DNA from: the human T2T-CHM13v2.0 reference genome, Homo sapiens
Length of the DNA: 64,000 nucleotides
Assembly: GCF_009914755.1 (NCBI RefSeq)
Contig: NC_060931.1
Strand: one strand, 5' to 3'
Shown: positions 1-13,985 of the stretch, one piece after another
How positions within the stretch are numbered: position 1 is the stretch's first letter
How the letters are laid out: the number at the start of each line of letters is the position of its first letter
Program-made: the position numbers and the translations under genes
Notes under the pieces: generated by a model
Told to the model about the DNA's origin: nothing
The model's input: the letters and a program-made list of their open reading frames with translations, nothing else
Database searches by the model: none

Positions 1-715
1 GTGTGCTAGCTATCAGCACCAAGAATCAAAACATCTTTATGGGTATGGATACAGATTCCCTTTTTGCTGAGCCACTGTGTGATTTTGGGGAGCACGTTCG
101 CTGATCAGGGTTATGAGAGCTGGATGGAGAGGAAGTCGCCTTTGTTCCGGCCTGCACGTCATGTCAAGCGAAGTTAGATATTTCCCTACCGACAGCTATT
201 TTGATCTCTCAGTACTAAAGAGAACCGCTGCAGGTAACCCTGAAGTTGAATCCCACATTCTGTCTGAGTTTAGGACTAGGACTTTGCAAATTGACAGCTC
301 ACATACTTTTGCTGGTGTGCGGCCAACACAGAGATGGGCTTCAGTCAAATTCGGGAGAGGGAGGGAGGGCAATGGAGGGGGAGGGAGCGGCAGGGGTGGC
401 AAGAGGAGAAGGCAAGAGGAGAAGGCAGGAGCAAGGGATGGTGCCTCCTGCCCGTCTTCAAACGCAGACTCACAGGGTTTGGAGGTGGCCGCAGTGTCAC
501 ACCTGGAGCTACAGATGTAACAGCCATCAGAGGGAACTGCAAGCACAGAGCCCAGTCCTCCCACCCCTGCCCCTGAAGAAAGAGGTGGTGGACAACCACC
601 TCTGGTGTCTCTGGCACCCAGGTGGGCTGGGCAGTGGGGTACCTGACACCTGGCAGCAAGGTGGGCCCTAAGGCCTGCAGGCCTCAGGTTGGCCCCTTAG
701 AAATGGGTGTCAAAG

Positions 716-1034
716 GGCTGGGTGTGGTGGCTCACGCCTGTAATCCCAGCACTTTGGGAGGCCAAGGTAGGCAGATCACGAGGTCAGGAGATCAAGACCA
801 TCCTGGCTAACACGGTGAAACCCCGTCTCTACTAAAAATACAAAAGCAAAATTAGCCAGGCTTGGTGGCGGGCACCTGTAGTCCAAGCTACTCGGGAGGC
901 TGAGGCAGGAGAATGGCGTGAACCCGGGAGGCGGAGCTTACAGTGAGCCGAGATCCACCACTGTGCTCCAGCCTGGGCAACAGAGTGAGACTCCGTCTGA
1001 AAACAAAAAAAAAAAAAAAAAAAAAAAGAAAGAA
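716..1034 (+). mobile_element. AluY SINE, full length
   Basis: Y diagnostics (accatcctggctaacacggtg, gaatggcgtgaacc); A-tail; 16-bp TSD agaaatgggtgtcaaa at 699-714 and 1035-1050. Confidence 0.95.
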
Positions 1035-1214
1035 AGAAATGGGTGTCAAATGTGTCCCTTTGGATGAAAATTAAGTTTTTAACCTAAACAGGGATAACGT
1101 CAATGTTTCACATTTGTAGGAACTACTGCCGTTTCCAAGCAATTGCTTTGTTTTACTAATGATTTGATCAACTCCATGCTTTTGGCTATATGTTTGCTGT
1201 CTGATTGTGCCAAG

Positions 1215-1345
1215 TGTGGACCCCAGGCCAGCAGCTTTGGTGTCCTCCAGAGCTTGGGATAGATTTGGACTCCAAGGCCCTCCCCAGCCATCCTGAATCA
1301 GAACTTGCGTTTTAATAAGATGCCCGGGAGATCCGTGGCAGGGAT
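1215..1345. mobile_element. MER5A-like hAT MITE fragment
   Basis: ctgaatcagaacttgcgttttaataagatgccc resembles the MER5A core. Confidence 0.5.
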
Positions 1346-1429
1346 GAATCATTTCCCTGTAAGATGTGCTTTGGAATTTTAGTTTAAAAGCTCATCTTGA
1401 ATAAGTGTGTGTGTGAAGCTAGAGGGGTA

Positions 1430-1625
1430 GGCTGGGCCTTGTGCACTATGATAGTTTGGCTTTCATTTTTCAAAGCACTGGAAAGCTATTGAAGAGTTTT
1501 ACACAGGCTTGATGACATGATCAGACTTGGAAGTAATCTCTCTGTCTGCAGTGGAGCAATTGGACTGGAAGGGATCAGCATGGGCGCAGCCAGAAGTCAT
1601 GAGGCTACTTTAGGTGAAATGGGGG
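1430..1625 (+). mobile_element. L2 LINE relic
   Basis: ggaaagctattgaagagtttt...gacatgatcagac resembles the L2 3' region. Confidence 0.5.
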
Positions 1626-1642
1626 TAGCTTGAACAAATGTC

Positions 1643-2088
1643 ATGGTTGTGGTAGCGGTGGTAATGGTAGTAGTGATGGTGGTGGTAGTGGTGATGGTGA
1701 TGATGATGGTGGAGGTGGTGGTGGGTTGATTGTGGAAGAGTGGTGATACTGGTATGGTGGTGATGGTGATGGTTATGGTGGTGATTGTGGTAATGGTGGT
1801 GGAGATGATGGTGGTAGGGGTGATGGTACTCGTGGTAATGATGGTGATGATGGTGGTAATGGTAGCGATGGTGATAGTAGTAATTGTGGTGGTAACGGTG
1901 GTTGTGGTAGTGTTGGTGGTTGTGGTAGTGATGGTGGTGATGGTGATAATGATGGTGGTGGTAATGGTAGTAGTGATGGTGATGATAATGGTGGTAATAG
2001 TGGTGGTGATGATGGATAGTGGTGATGGTGATTGCGGTGGTAGTGATGTTGGTGGTGTTGATGGTAATGGGAGAGATGGTGGCAATGG
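1643..2088. repeat. Degenerate (TGG/TGA/TAG)n trinucleotide repeat
   Basis: ~450 bp of ggt/gat/agt triplets; source of the poly-Thr, poly-His and poly-Val ORFs. Confidence 0.95.
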
Positions 2089-2344
2089 AAAGAAGTAGAA
2101 ATTTACACAATACTTAAAAGGTAAAGTCAACAAAAATTAGTGATTATTGGAAATGGAAGATGAAGAAAAGGTTAAGTCAAATTTATTTTGTAAAAAGCTT
2201 AGTGCTGTCTTAAGTTGCTCTTGGTTAGTTGAACATGCACATTTGTTCATCTTCTTTCTATAGACAGTTTAATACTGTGCCTCAAACAGTCACATTCAGT
2301 CTCCAAACCACCACCACCAGCACACTACAAGTGTTCTTAGCTGC

Positions 2345-2879
2345 TGTGGTGGATTAAAGATGACTGCTCATTCTTTGACAATCCTTCCATCAAGAGATGG
2401 GGTCTATTTTCCTTTCCCTTTAATCTGGGCTGGCCTATCACTGCTTTGGCAAATCACTTATGGGAGAAGTGATGTGTAGAACTTCTGAAGCTAGGACATA
2501 AGAAGCTGTCCAGCTTCTGCTTGGGTCTCTTGGAGCACTCTCTCTGGAAGCCCTGAGCTACCATGAAAGATATCTGACCACCCTGACACCATCAAGCTTG
2601 AGGGGCCCCATGTAGGTGTTCTTTTCAATAGTCCTCATCTTTCAGCTGGACTCACCAAAGCCCCAGATAAGTGAGAAACCCCTTCTTGGAACCTCTGTAT
2701 TGGTTCATCTGGGAGCTGAGTAAAACTGAGTGGCTTCAGTCAAAGCCACATGGAGCAGAAGAATCACCCAGCTGAGCCCTGTTCAAATCAAGCCCACTGT
2801 ATTGTGAGATAGAATAAATGGATGTTGTTGAAAGCTGCTAAGTTCAAGGGTAATTTGTTAGGCAGCAGTGACTGGAACA
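2345..2879 (+). mobile_element. MLT1 (MaLR) solo LTR, MLT1G/H-like
   Basis: Starts tgtggtggattaaagatgactg, ends aatttgttaggcagcagtgactggaaca; imperfect 5-bp TSD gctgc/cctgc. Confidence 0.8.
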
Positions 2880-4339
2880 CCTGCTTTTCCATATGTGACA
2901 ACAGAATTAGAGTAATAACTCCTATTCTTCCTCACCAAGCCTATTCTTCACCCACTCTGACCAGTAGCATAGCATGCATAAACAAGGGTGTATTCTGGGA
3001 TGTGAAACAGAACCATTTTAGCTATTAGATGATGCAGATAGAGAAAAACAATACCCAGTGAGTGACTTAGTGGGTGAGGCCTCTCTTCCCTACCCCACCC
3101 CTACCCCTGGCATCTTGTTCCCAGCCTGAGGAGTTGAGACTGCTATAGTGGATGATCCAACTAACAGCCTGGTCCCTGGGGGGTGCCATGATCCATTGCC
3201 TTGTAACTGGGGGTATTTAAATTACTCAATTGGAACAGTTCTCCCCATGGAGGAGATTAAATTCCAAGTAACAGAAGTGAGGGGTGCATGAGAAGTGAGA
3301 GGACAAAAATCTGTCAACAGTGCTATTCCTCACCAAACCTCTGCTCATTGAAACAATGGCTCCTCAGTGATTCTCAGACTGCAAAAGCATATCCAACTTT
3401 AGAGGTGCGCAAAATGAGGGAAATAAATTGATGACTGCACCTGGTAACTCTTAAAACCTCTGTATGGTCCAGCTATGTTATTCTTGTTAACATTTTCATT
3501 GTAAAATGGCATTTCTTCCCAGGATAAAAGCTCACTGAAACGATGCCTTCCTGGGAGCATATGTACGAACGTCACACTCTGCCAATTTTATATCTGATTA
3601 AAACCTCAATACATCAAAACATCCTTTGAAATAATTAAGAGCATTTCTCCATTAGGGGCACGAAGCTAAATGTGTCCAAATATATCTGAAATCAGCAGAT
3701 GGAACTAAGGGAATTAATAGAGTAGTACGACATTTTGCAATCATCTAAAAGAAAACAGAATTTGGCTTGCAAAGGATATACTTTTTCATTTGGGGTAAAA
3801 TAAGGTGCATTTTCCACTCGCACTAAGCACCCCATTCGTGCAAAGTTAATACATGAAGTACAATTTATCTCCAGGTTGTTGAAGGGAAAGCCATCATTTT
3901 CAGGGGTTCTGCTGCTCCCTGGGAAGGGAGCCTCCAAGACAGTTTTGATCCATTGATGAGTGCTGTCTAATGTGCTCCCTGAGGTACAGTTTCCCTAAAT
4001 CTGTTAGACTTTTACAGTCGTCCAGGATCTGCAGTCTGGAGATGCTCCATCATACTGTATTAACTTGACAACGTAATGTACTGCTATCTTTTATTTTCAT
4101 AGGAAGTACTAGGTTTGACCTTGAAACTCTTAACCACACTTTATAATCCTCAGCCCATCCTGGCAAAAAAGAGGCCATCCTAACAAATCCATCCTGGCTA
4201 GACTTGAGTCTGTAAAACGTTGGATTGGAATGCATAGGACTAGGGGAGGTGGGAGAGTAAGTAAGGGTCTTGACAGCTCTGTCTCAATCTTCAGGGGCAA
4301 ATGAAGTGGGGGAATTGAGGAGACATGAGTTACGTTACC

Positions 4340-4925
4340 AGCTACAGTTCACTGAGCTCTTACCACGTGCCGAGCACTGTGCTTTACGTGGGTTATTCTA
4401 GTCACTTCTCATGAGGCTGACATTGTTCTTGCTTCATATATGAGGGTATTAATCCTTTTTCATGCTGCTGGTGAAGACATACCCAAGACTGGTAATTTAT
4501 AAAGAAAAAGAGGTTTAATGGACTCACAGTTCCATGTGGCTGGGGAGGCCTCACAATCATGGTGGAAGGTGGAAAGCACGCCTTACATGGTGGCAGGCAA
4601 GAGAGAATGAGAGGCAAGTGAAAGGGGTTTCCCTTTATAAAACCACCAGATCCTGTGAGACTTATTCACTACCATGAGAACAGTATTGGAGAAACCACCC
4701 CCACGATTCATTTATCTCCCACCAGGTCCCTCCCACAACATGGGGGAATTATGGGAGCTACAATTCAAGATGAGATTTGGGTGGGGACACAGCCAAACCA
4801 CATCAATGAGGAAACTGAGGCTCAGAGAGGTTAAGCAACTTACCCAAGGTCACCCAGCTAGTAAATGGCAGAGCCCGGATTCAAACTCAGGTCTTTTTGA
4901 CTCAAAAGCCAAAGCTCTTAAGCAT
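4340..4925 (-). mobile_element. MIR SINE, split by a THE1 LTR
   Basis: atgaggaaactgaggctcagagaggttaag...ggattcaaactcagg is the reverse-complement MIR core. Confidence 0.85.
4445..4805 (-). mobile_element. THE1 (MaLR) solo LTR
   Basis: Reverse complement of tgatgtggtttggctgtgtccccacccaaatctcatcttg; 5-bp TSD ATGAG at 4440-4444 and 4806-4810. Confidence 0.92.
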
Positions 4926-6013
4926 GATTCTATGATGACTCATTCTGCAGTGAAATCTCTGCTCTTGAGAATAGGAAGTGGGCTTGGACTGCACTTGACT
5001 GACTTGGTGCCTTCATGGGACATGGTTCAGTCATTCCTTTCACTTGCCATCAGCCCATAGCTGGACATTTCCTTCCTGGGTCCTTCTTGAGGAGCACAGA
5101 GTCCTTCCCTGGGGCTGGGAGTTATATGTCAGGTCTTCTTTCCTGCTCTAGAGACACCCCATGTGCCCCCAGAGTGGGAAATTAAAAGGGCCTGAAATGG
5201 TACCTTCATGCAAGTCACCTGGATGCTGAGCCTACTCAGAGGGCTTCCCTGTGTGTTTCCCTGGGCCATTTGGTCTATACTCAAGCACTAGGGGACGTCT
5301 GAAAGGCCCTGACCTCTGCAGAGAGCAGTGTCTTTGGGTGGTTGTATGGAGACCCCAGAGACCAAGCAGAAGGTGAACAGTCGCCCACCCGATGGTAGAC
5401 ATGGGCACTGGCTTGGGGGATTATTGTACAGATCCATGGTGGGTGCTCCCAAATTTGCTTCTTCCTGCAAACCATAAAGGCTTTTAATTATTAAAGAATG
5501 ATTCTTGAGGCTGGCCAATTTATCAGCCTCTGGCAAGAATAAAGAGTCAACCAGCCATGAATCCTATCTGATTACTAATAAGAACGACATAAAATGACAC
5601 AAGTGCTGAGAAATGCTCTCGGTTGGGCTCCAGCCAAGGCAGACCTGGATCAAATGAGCCCAGGTTAAACCAGCTCCCACTTTCCCCGGTTGCCGAGTGG
5701 ATGCGGAACGTTCTGTTCCGAAGGGCAGATGCTTACATGCTCCTAGCAGCAGAGGAAAGTAGGCAAAGCTGGTTTCTGGCATGGGCCACATGGCTCTTCC
5801 CTCCCAGGAGCGTTCTCACTTCCTCCACCAACGAGGCTCCCCCGCAGCTGCCTCTGTGCATCTCTTTGCCCCAGGCCTGGGCCCCGGCATTCTGCAAGGG
5901 GAACTTGGAGCCAGGACGGCTGGGTTTAAATCACATCATAAACAGCCCCTCACGTGTCCATCCACAGATGAATGGAAAAACAAAATGTGGCATATACATA
6001 TAATAGACTATTA

Positions 6014-6412
<399 letters not shown>

Positions 6413-6425
6413 GAAAACATGCTAA

Positions 6426-6705
6426 GGCCGGGCACAGTGGCTCACACCTGTAATCCCAGCACTTTGGGAGGCCGAGGCGGGTGGATCATGAGGTCAGAAT
6501 TTCAAGACCAGCTTGGCCAAGATGGTGAAACCCCGTATCTACTAAAAATACAAAAATTAGCCAGGCATGATGGCAGACATCTGTAATCCCAGCTACTTGG
6601 GAGGCTGAGGCAGGGAATTGTGTGAACCTGGGAGGCGGAGGTTGCAGTGAGCCAAGATCGCCCCACTGCACTCCAGCCTGGGCAACAGAGGGAGACTCCA
6701 TCTCA

Positions 6706-6737
<32 letters not shown>

Positions 6738-6763
6738 GAAAAAAAAGAAAGAAAGAAAGAAAA
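6426..6763 (+). mobile_element. AluS inserted into the TSD of the neighbouring AluJ
   Basis: Full Alu flanked by gaaaa(c/t)atgctaa. Confidence 0.92.
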
Positions 6764-7562
6764 GAAAATATGCTAAGTGAAAGAAGCCAGACACAAAAGG
6801 CCACATCGTGTGCAATTCCTGTTATATGAAATGTCCAGAATGGGCAAATCCGTGAAGACAGAAAGCAGATTGGTGATTGTCAGGGGGCGGGGGTGGGGCG
6901 AAAGGAGGAACGACTGATGAAGGGGTAGGGGTTTCTCTTTGGGGTGACGAAAATGCTTTGGTGCTAGATAGAGGCGTGGCACAACATCATGGATGTACTA
7001 ACTGCCACTGAATGGTTCACTTTAAAATGGTGAATTGAATGTTATGTGAATTTCACTCCAATAAAAAACAGAAACAAGTCACATCAGGGTGCTCCTTCAA
7101 CAAGCACTTCCTGGGGAAAAGCCTTGAGACCCACGAGCGGTGAGCCCTAAGGCAGGCTGGGATCTGGGAGCGCCGTCGTGTCCTGGGAGAAGTTCAGTCC
7201 CAGCGGGCTCCACCACCCACACCCGCTCCTTCCTCCTTTGAACGCAGAGGCTCTGGCGACAGTGGCAGGAGCCACGCAGAGCGGTGGAGCTTCCAGCGTG
7301 GAGAGGGGCACTACAAGGACCTGCCTCCATGCAGCTGCTGAATCCACGCCCGTTGCTTGGTGTCACCACCTCCTAAGTTTTTGTTATTGAGAAGAATAGA
7401 TTCGTATTTGTTGAAGGCACACTGAGAACAAGTCAACAGAAGCAGTCATCTGCGAGAGCTTGCTGTGGGCCCCGTGGGAGACTCGCAATATGGTGGGAGA
7501 CGGATTTAGAAACAAACAGTGATGATTTTTGTGCATTAAGTGCAACGCGAGAGCTGGAATCA

Positions 7563-7880
<318 letters not shown>

Positions 7881-8722
7881 TCAGAGGCATGTAGGAGCCC
7901 AGAGAAGGGGTCCCTGACCATCACCCAGGTGAGGGGCCCTTAAGCCATGGAAGGCTTCCCTGAGTGCCTGAGGAGAGTCTTGGGGCCCGAGGAGGAGCGG
8001 GAGGTAGCAGAGAACAGAGATGACAGTCAGAGAAAGGCCTGGAGGAGAAACCCTGAGTGGCCCACACAGGAGCCCAGCCACCTATGCAGGAAACAGATAA
8101 CCAGCTCGGCTTTGCAAGAGTGTAGTGTGCATGAGATTTTTAAAACATTAACATCAATATCTACAATCTTCTGGCCACCCTCCGTGCTGGCCTTTGCCAT
8201 GCTGACCTGGGCAAGGGGTGGAGGGGACAAGGTTGGAAAGCCAGGGCTGGCTGCATGTCTCCACCTGCGGAAGGAGAGGAGGTGGGCTTCAGGGAGAAGA
8301 GGGGGCAAGGGAGTGGCATTTGAGGATTAATGAAGAGAGACAAGGAAATGAGATGAGGGGCTCCCGTAAGGACTTGGGCTTTGAAGGGAGAGGTGTGAAA
8401 AGTGGGTTTTTAGGACAGCCCTCTGCAGCTGTAGGTCTTCCGAAAGAAGTTGTCAGTAAAGACTCTCACTAGGTCAGTGCTTTTTGGAGGGGGATTTTCT
8501 GTTGGTTGCACTGCTGGCTGTTGGAGAGAGTCCCTATTAAAATAGAAAATAGAAGGCCCAGTTTCCTTTGGGTTATGGTGAGGTACAAGGCAGGGCTGAA
8601 GGAGGTGAGGCAGGTGGATACACAGAGTTTCACACCTCAGAGGATCTCTTGGGCCTGGAACTTTTCTGTACACAGAAGGGAACTTTGGGATCTTGAGGAA
8701 ATTTTAGCTTCTCTAATGCTCA

Positions 8723-8772
8723 GTTTCTTCTTCTTTTTCTTTTTTTTTCCTTCCTTCCTTCCTTCCTCTCTC

Positions 8773-8804
<32 letters not shown>

Positions 8805-9265
8805 CCTTTATTTCCCTTCCTTCCTTCCCTCCTCTCTCTCCTTCCTTCCTTCCTCTCTCTCTTTCTCTTTTTCTTTGTTTTCTTTCTCTTTCTTTCTTCC
8901 TTTCTTTTCCTTCCTTCCCTCCTCTCTCTGTCTCTCTCTTTCTTTCTTTCTTTTTTCTTTCTTTCCTTCTTTCTTTCTTTCGTTTTTCAGGGTCTTGCTC
9001 TGTTGCCCAGGCTGCAGTACAGTGGTGCAATCATGGCTCACTGTAGCCAGAACCTCCCTGACTTAAGCAATTCTCCTGTCTTGACCTCCCAAGTAGCTGG
9101 GACTACAGGCACACATCACCGTGCCTGGCTAATTGTTTTATTTTTGGTAGAGATGGGGTCTTGCTATGTTGCCCAGGCTGATCTTGAACTCCTGGGCTCA
9201 AGCAATCCTCCCACCTCAGCCTCCCAAAGCACTGGGATTTCAGCGTGAGCCACCACACCCGACCA
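8723..9265 (-). mobile_element. AluJ with a tail expanded into a ~265-bp (TTCC/TTTC)n tract
   Basis: Antisense Alu body 8989-9265 preceded by polypyrimidine repeat. Confidence 0.9.
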
Positions 9266-9812
9266 GTTCCTTCTTTAAAATGAAGATCATAATGATCCCT
9301 GCACTATAGTTTTATTACAAGTATTACATAAAACCACACGTGAGAATAGAACTAACCCACTTCCCGGCCTGGAGCAGGCCCTTCATTCAGGCTTATTGAA
9401 TCTGGACCTGCTTTGGCCCCACCCAAACCGATATGCCCCAGGTCCTGTTTATTTACGGACAGCCCTCACCCTATGGAGCTGATCCAGTGTTTGCCCCACA
9501 GCATCATAATGGCATAGGCAACAGGACAGTGTCACATTTCACAGCAGCCTTTCTTCCCTGTTCTGAAGGAGGGAGCCACATGGACGTTTTAGTGGACAGA
9601 GGAGAAACACACACATGCTTTGTGTCATGACAAGGCTCTGCCATTGCACTGGCTCAAGATCAAGGGCCTAAAGTGAGGAACAAAAGGCCAAGGCACACCA
9701 ATGCAATAGAACAGTAACAGCATGTACCGCTGACTCAGGTCCTCTGCCTACCCTGGGCAATGTCTCCCTCAATCTTTGCAACACCCCTATGACATGGGTC
9801 AAAAAGTGCTCC

Positions 9813-10101
9813 TTTTTTTTTTTCCTGAGACGGAGTCTCGCTTTCTTGCTCAGGCTGGAATGCAGTGGCACAATCTCAGCTCCGCCTCCCAAGTTCCAGC
9901 TATTCTCCTGCCTCAGCCTCCCTAGTAGCTGGGACTACAGACATGCACCACCACGCCCAGCTAATTTTTTTTGTATTTTGAGTAGAGACGGGGTTTCACC
10001 ATGTTGGCCAAACCTGTCTCGAACTCCTGACCTCAAGTGATCCGCCCACGTCGGCCTCCCAAAGTGCTGGGATTACAGGCCGTGAGCCACCGCGCCCAGC
10101 C
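9813..10101 (-). mobile_element. AluS inside a MIR relic
   Basis: Antisense Alu; TSD aagtgctcctttt; MIR-like flanks ~9720-10230. Confidence 0.9.
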
Positions 10102-10325
10102 TCAGAAGTGCTCCTTTTTTACCAATGGAGAAACAGCCCAGAGAGGAAAAGCGATTTGCACAGAGTCACGCAGCTGAAGACTGGCAGATCCAGGCTGTTT
10201 GCTGTCAGTCTGAGCTCTCGAATTCTAAGACGAGCCACTTCTCTCGGGAAGCCAGGAAGGCTCCTCGCAAATCCTGGTGGAGAAGTGGTTACCTCAAAGC
10301 CCTTTAAGCACAGTCATAAACTTAC

Positions 10326-10443
10326 CTTGAAGGGCCAGGTAATCCGATCATAGAGTCGGCGTTCAAAAAAAAAATGAGGTATTGATATGTTTATCCTCAC
10401 CCTCATAACCTGTTCTATTCAAATAAATTCAGTGTGCTCAGTT
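10326..10443 (-). other. Candidate non-coding exon, 118 nt
   Basis: Minus strand acceptor ctctgtcactccctgcag and consensus donor AAG|GTAAGT in non-repeat DNA; no transcript evidence available. Confidence 0.3.
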
Positions 10444-11659
10444 CTGCAGGGAGTGACAGAGCTGCCCCGAATCAGATGGTGCCACGCACATCCCATTTCT
10501 CTTGCGGGATCATTCCTGGAGGAGCTTCCTGCAGCCAAATGACATCGAGTGTGACCATTTCAAAGTACAAACAGGATTAAAAGGAAAACATCTGTACCTT
10601 ACTAGGCTGCACTAACTCAGTTACAAACAAGCTGTGTAGATATCCAAATGCGCAGTGACTTTTGCTGCAGAGGTGGGTGGTGACCATCTGGACTGGGCAT
10701 TGATTAGAAGATAACTGGACATCCGTGTGACTGCATCCTTGGTGGGGGTCAGGGCACAGAGACATATGTTTGATTCCACAATGTCAGTGTGACTCAGAGA
10801 CCCTTTTGTTGTCGTTGTTTATATTACAGTTAGTGAGTCACCCACTACACCTCCCTCCTGGGATGAAGTCCTGAGCTGTAGAATGACTCCAAACAGGCAC
10901 GACTGCTTTATTAGCAGGCTTTGACTCCCATACAGGGCTCTGAACATCAAACAAAGTTGGCCAGGATTTGATCCTCAAAAGAGAAGATGGGATCCCATCA
11001 AGATGTCCACATGCCTAACGCCTGTTGGTCCAAAAGAGTCTCATTTTGTAGGGGGAAGAAACTTAATTACCAGCGCAGGAAGAGACTCTCAGAACATGTG
11101 GTTTTCAGTTTTGCCAAGATTCCAGGCCAACTTATTACTCTATTATCGTTGTTGTTAATCTTTGCTTGAAAGATGCATGAAGTCAGTAAGTCCCTTTCTT
11201 AAGGACACCAAAGCTGGGCGTCTCTGAAAAACAGGACCAAACAGTGGACCACTGGTCAGAGGCACGATGTGAGTAAAGAGTAGCAGAAATATTTTTGTCA
11301 TGTATCCACATTAAAGGGTGACTATAAAGTATGTTCCACAATGGCTTTTTTTTTTTACCCCCTCAGCAAAGAAATAGCACTCTATTTTGTTTGGAAAACC
11401 TACTTTGATGCCTCAAAAAAATAATGTGCTTTTCTGATTCTGATTTTTCCTCTTTTCTTTCAGCAACTGTGTTCTGCCTGTCTCTAAACCAGTACTTGGA
11501 AGGAATGTCTCTCTCTCTCTGTTTATATTTCTATGTTTCAGAGTCAACGTCATGGCTAAAGGAGACGTGATTTGCAAAAAGGCTTGTTCTCCAATAGCCA
11601 AGGAAAATATGTTTTTTAAAAATCTTGGTAATGCATTAGTTTTGGCATCTTTAAAACTC

Positions 11660-11971
11660 CTTTTTCATTTTCTTTTTTTAGGGGGTAGGAGGACAGGGTC
11701 TTGCTCTGTTGCCCAGACTGGAGTGCAGTGGTGCAATCATAGCTCGCTCAAGCCTTCACTCCTGAGCTCAAGTGATTCTCTTTCCTCAGCCTCTCCAATA
11801 TGTGAGACTACAGGCATGTGCCACCACAACCACCTAATTTAAAAAAAAAAAATTTGTAGAGATGGAGTTCTCCCTATATTGCCCAGGCTGGTCTTGAGCT
11901 GGCTCAAGCAATTCTCCCGCTTTAGTCTCCCAAAGCGCTAGGATTACAGGTGTGAGCCACTGTGCCGAGAC
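11660..11971 (-). mobile_element. AluJ
   Basis: Diverged antisense Alu. Confidence 0.88.
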
Positions 11972-13677
11972 TTGTTTTTCTCCTCTTTTTGTGATCCCTC
12001 CCAAAATTTGCTGTCAATAAACTGTGTGGTCCTGTGAGTGACCCAGGGCAGAGACAAGCATTGTAGCCCTGTCACCAACTGGCCAAAGATGGCTGCTACA
12101 TGATTTCCCTTATCCAATCTAAAGGGGGCTATTGGAGGGGGACAGAGGGCCATCTGTGTCCACAAAACGAGCCCAGAGTTGGGACTGCTGGGACTATACA
12201 CATGTGACCGTATGTCCAGTTGAGAGTTGTCATACATAACCAGACAGTGGAGGAGCATGGTGGTCAACCCAGAAATGATGAGTTGGGTTCTAGGGCTGAC
12301 AGACTGAAGGCTTTATGAATGACCTTTTCACTTCGTTGACACATAGGTGACCCCTGTGTCCTCTAAATGGTGCAGGCCAGGCATCTTTTCCGAGACCTAA
12401 TGGTTCCTTCTCTTTTATAAATGGCCAGATCGAAGGGCATTAGTGCTCTCAGGCACAATAGGCCTCAAAGGCCCCTGCCTCCTTCCTAAATGGGCCTTAC
12501 TGCAAAACCCTAATGCACTTCCTCACACTGGGACCTCAGCTGGCTCTGTGCACAGGCCTCCCTGCAGCACAGGCCCTCCCTGCAACCACAGCAGTCACTA
12601 ATGAATATTTTATCAGTCGCCATGCCTCTCTGTGCAGGCTGTATCTGGAAGTCATCTTTGCTGATTTGACAGCCTTTCTGCCTTAAAGGAGCCACCAGCA
12701 ATGATGTGTTGTCATCTGTTTAGAAATGAGGACTCAGCCAGCCTCCCAGTTAAGCTGGAAAGCTGATCCTCCTTAGAACAGATATTTGAAAAGAGGGCTT
12801 TGCTCTCATGAAAGCCCACAGTCTGCCCCTGCAGTTCCCTTGTCACTAATTCCAGTGGGGGAAAAAAAATTAAGAAAATGTAGACCTAGAAGATCAGAAG
12901 ATTGCCTCTTCAAAAGGCACTAGTTTCTAAGAGTAGTATTCCTATTATTTTATTTTAGATCTTGGGTGAATTCATTTATTTCTACAACAAATGTTTATCT
13001 AGTTCCTACTTCATCAGAAAAAACACTGGAACTCAGCCTGGAACAGGAAGAAGCTGACTTTGCCCTCGGAGAACAGACAGCCTAGTGAGGAATTCACTGA
13101 CTTGCACATTCATTTATTCAACACCTATTTACAGAGTGACTATGATGTGCCTGGCATTGCTCCGGGGACAGGGATACACAGTGAACAAAAGAAACAAAAA
13201 TCATTCTGCTGGAAGACAAAATATAATCACACAATGTATATAATTATTAAATGCGATAAGCACTATGACAAACATTTCCTTACAAATGCCTTTCCTGAGA
13301 TTCTATATCCAGCTAAACTATCATTCAGCAGTAAAGACAAAACCGAGACATTTTCAGATATACAACAAATAAGAGAGTTTCTTATGAGCAGGTGCTCACT
13401 GTCAGAGGAAAGTGAAAAAAGTGAACAAAGACGAAAGAAACAAGAGGCAGCACAAAAATCCAGGAAATACATTAACAAATGCAATGAATGACTGCAATTT
13501 TTGTATTTTAACAGAGAAAAAAATGAACATTCCTGAAAATAGTAAAATAGAAAACCAAGATAAAGGAGAAAGGATTTTTAAAATCTGACTTTTTAGTCAA
13601 ACAAAGAAAGCAAACAAGCCTCTAGCAAGATTGACTTTTAAAGAGGGGTACAAAGGCATAAATAATAGCAGGAATAG

Positions 13678-13985
13678 GGCCAGGCACCGTGGCTCACGCC
13701 TGTAATCCCAGCACTTTGGGAGGCCAAGGCAGGTGGATCACGAAATCAGGAGTTCGAGGCCAGCCTGACAAACATGGTGAAACCCCGTCTCTACTACAAA
13801 TACAAAAATTAGCTGGGCGTGGTGGTGCGTGCCTGTAATCCCAGCTACTCAGGAGGCTGAGCAGGAGAATCGCTTGAACCCGGGAGGCAGAGGTTGCCGT
13901 GAGCCGAGAATGCACTACTGCACTCCAGCCTGGGTGACAGAGTGAGACTCTATCTCAAAATAATAATAATAGCAATAATAAATAA
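13678..13985 (+). mobile_element. AluS
   Basis: Full Alu with (TAA)n tail. Confidence 0.92.

Noticed and set aside
11-28. REST/NRSE-like TCAGCACC
   Set aside because: Left half only; the GGACAG half is absent
113-671. Five overlapping ORFs of 80-141 aa
   Set aside because: They are open because of a G/A-rich low-complexity stretch; no recognisable protein
1597-2133. Mucin-like poly-Thr and poly-His ORFs
   Set aside because: Translations of a trinucleotide repeat on both strands
4445-4805. DUX4-responsive THE1 promoter
   Set aside because: The expected TGATTCAATTA site reads cgattcattta here; it is also degraded in the THE1 at 40864 and the MSTA at 53164
11173-11185. Plus-strand 13-nt microexon (tttgcttgaaag|...TCA|gtaagt) with upstream UGC
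   Set aside because: Not frame-preserving, weak acceptor and no host gene evident
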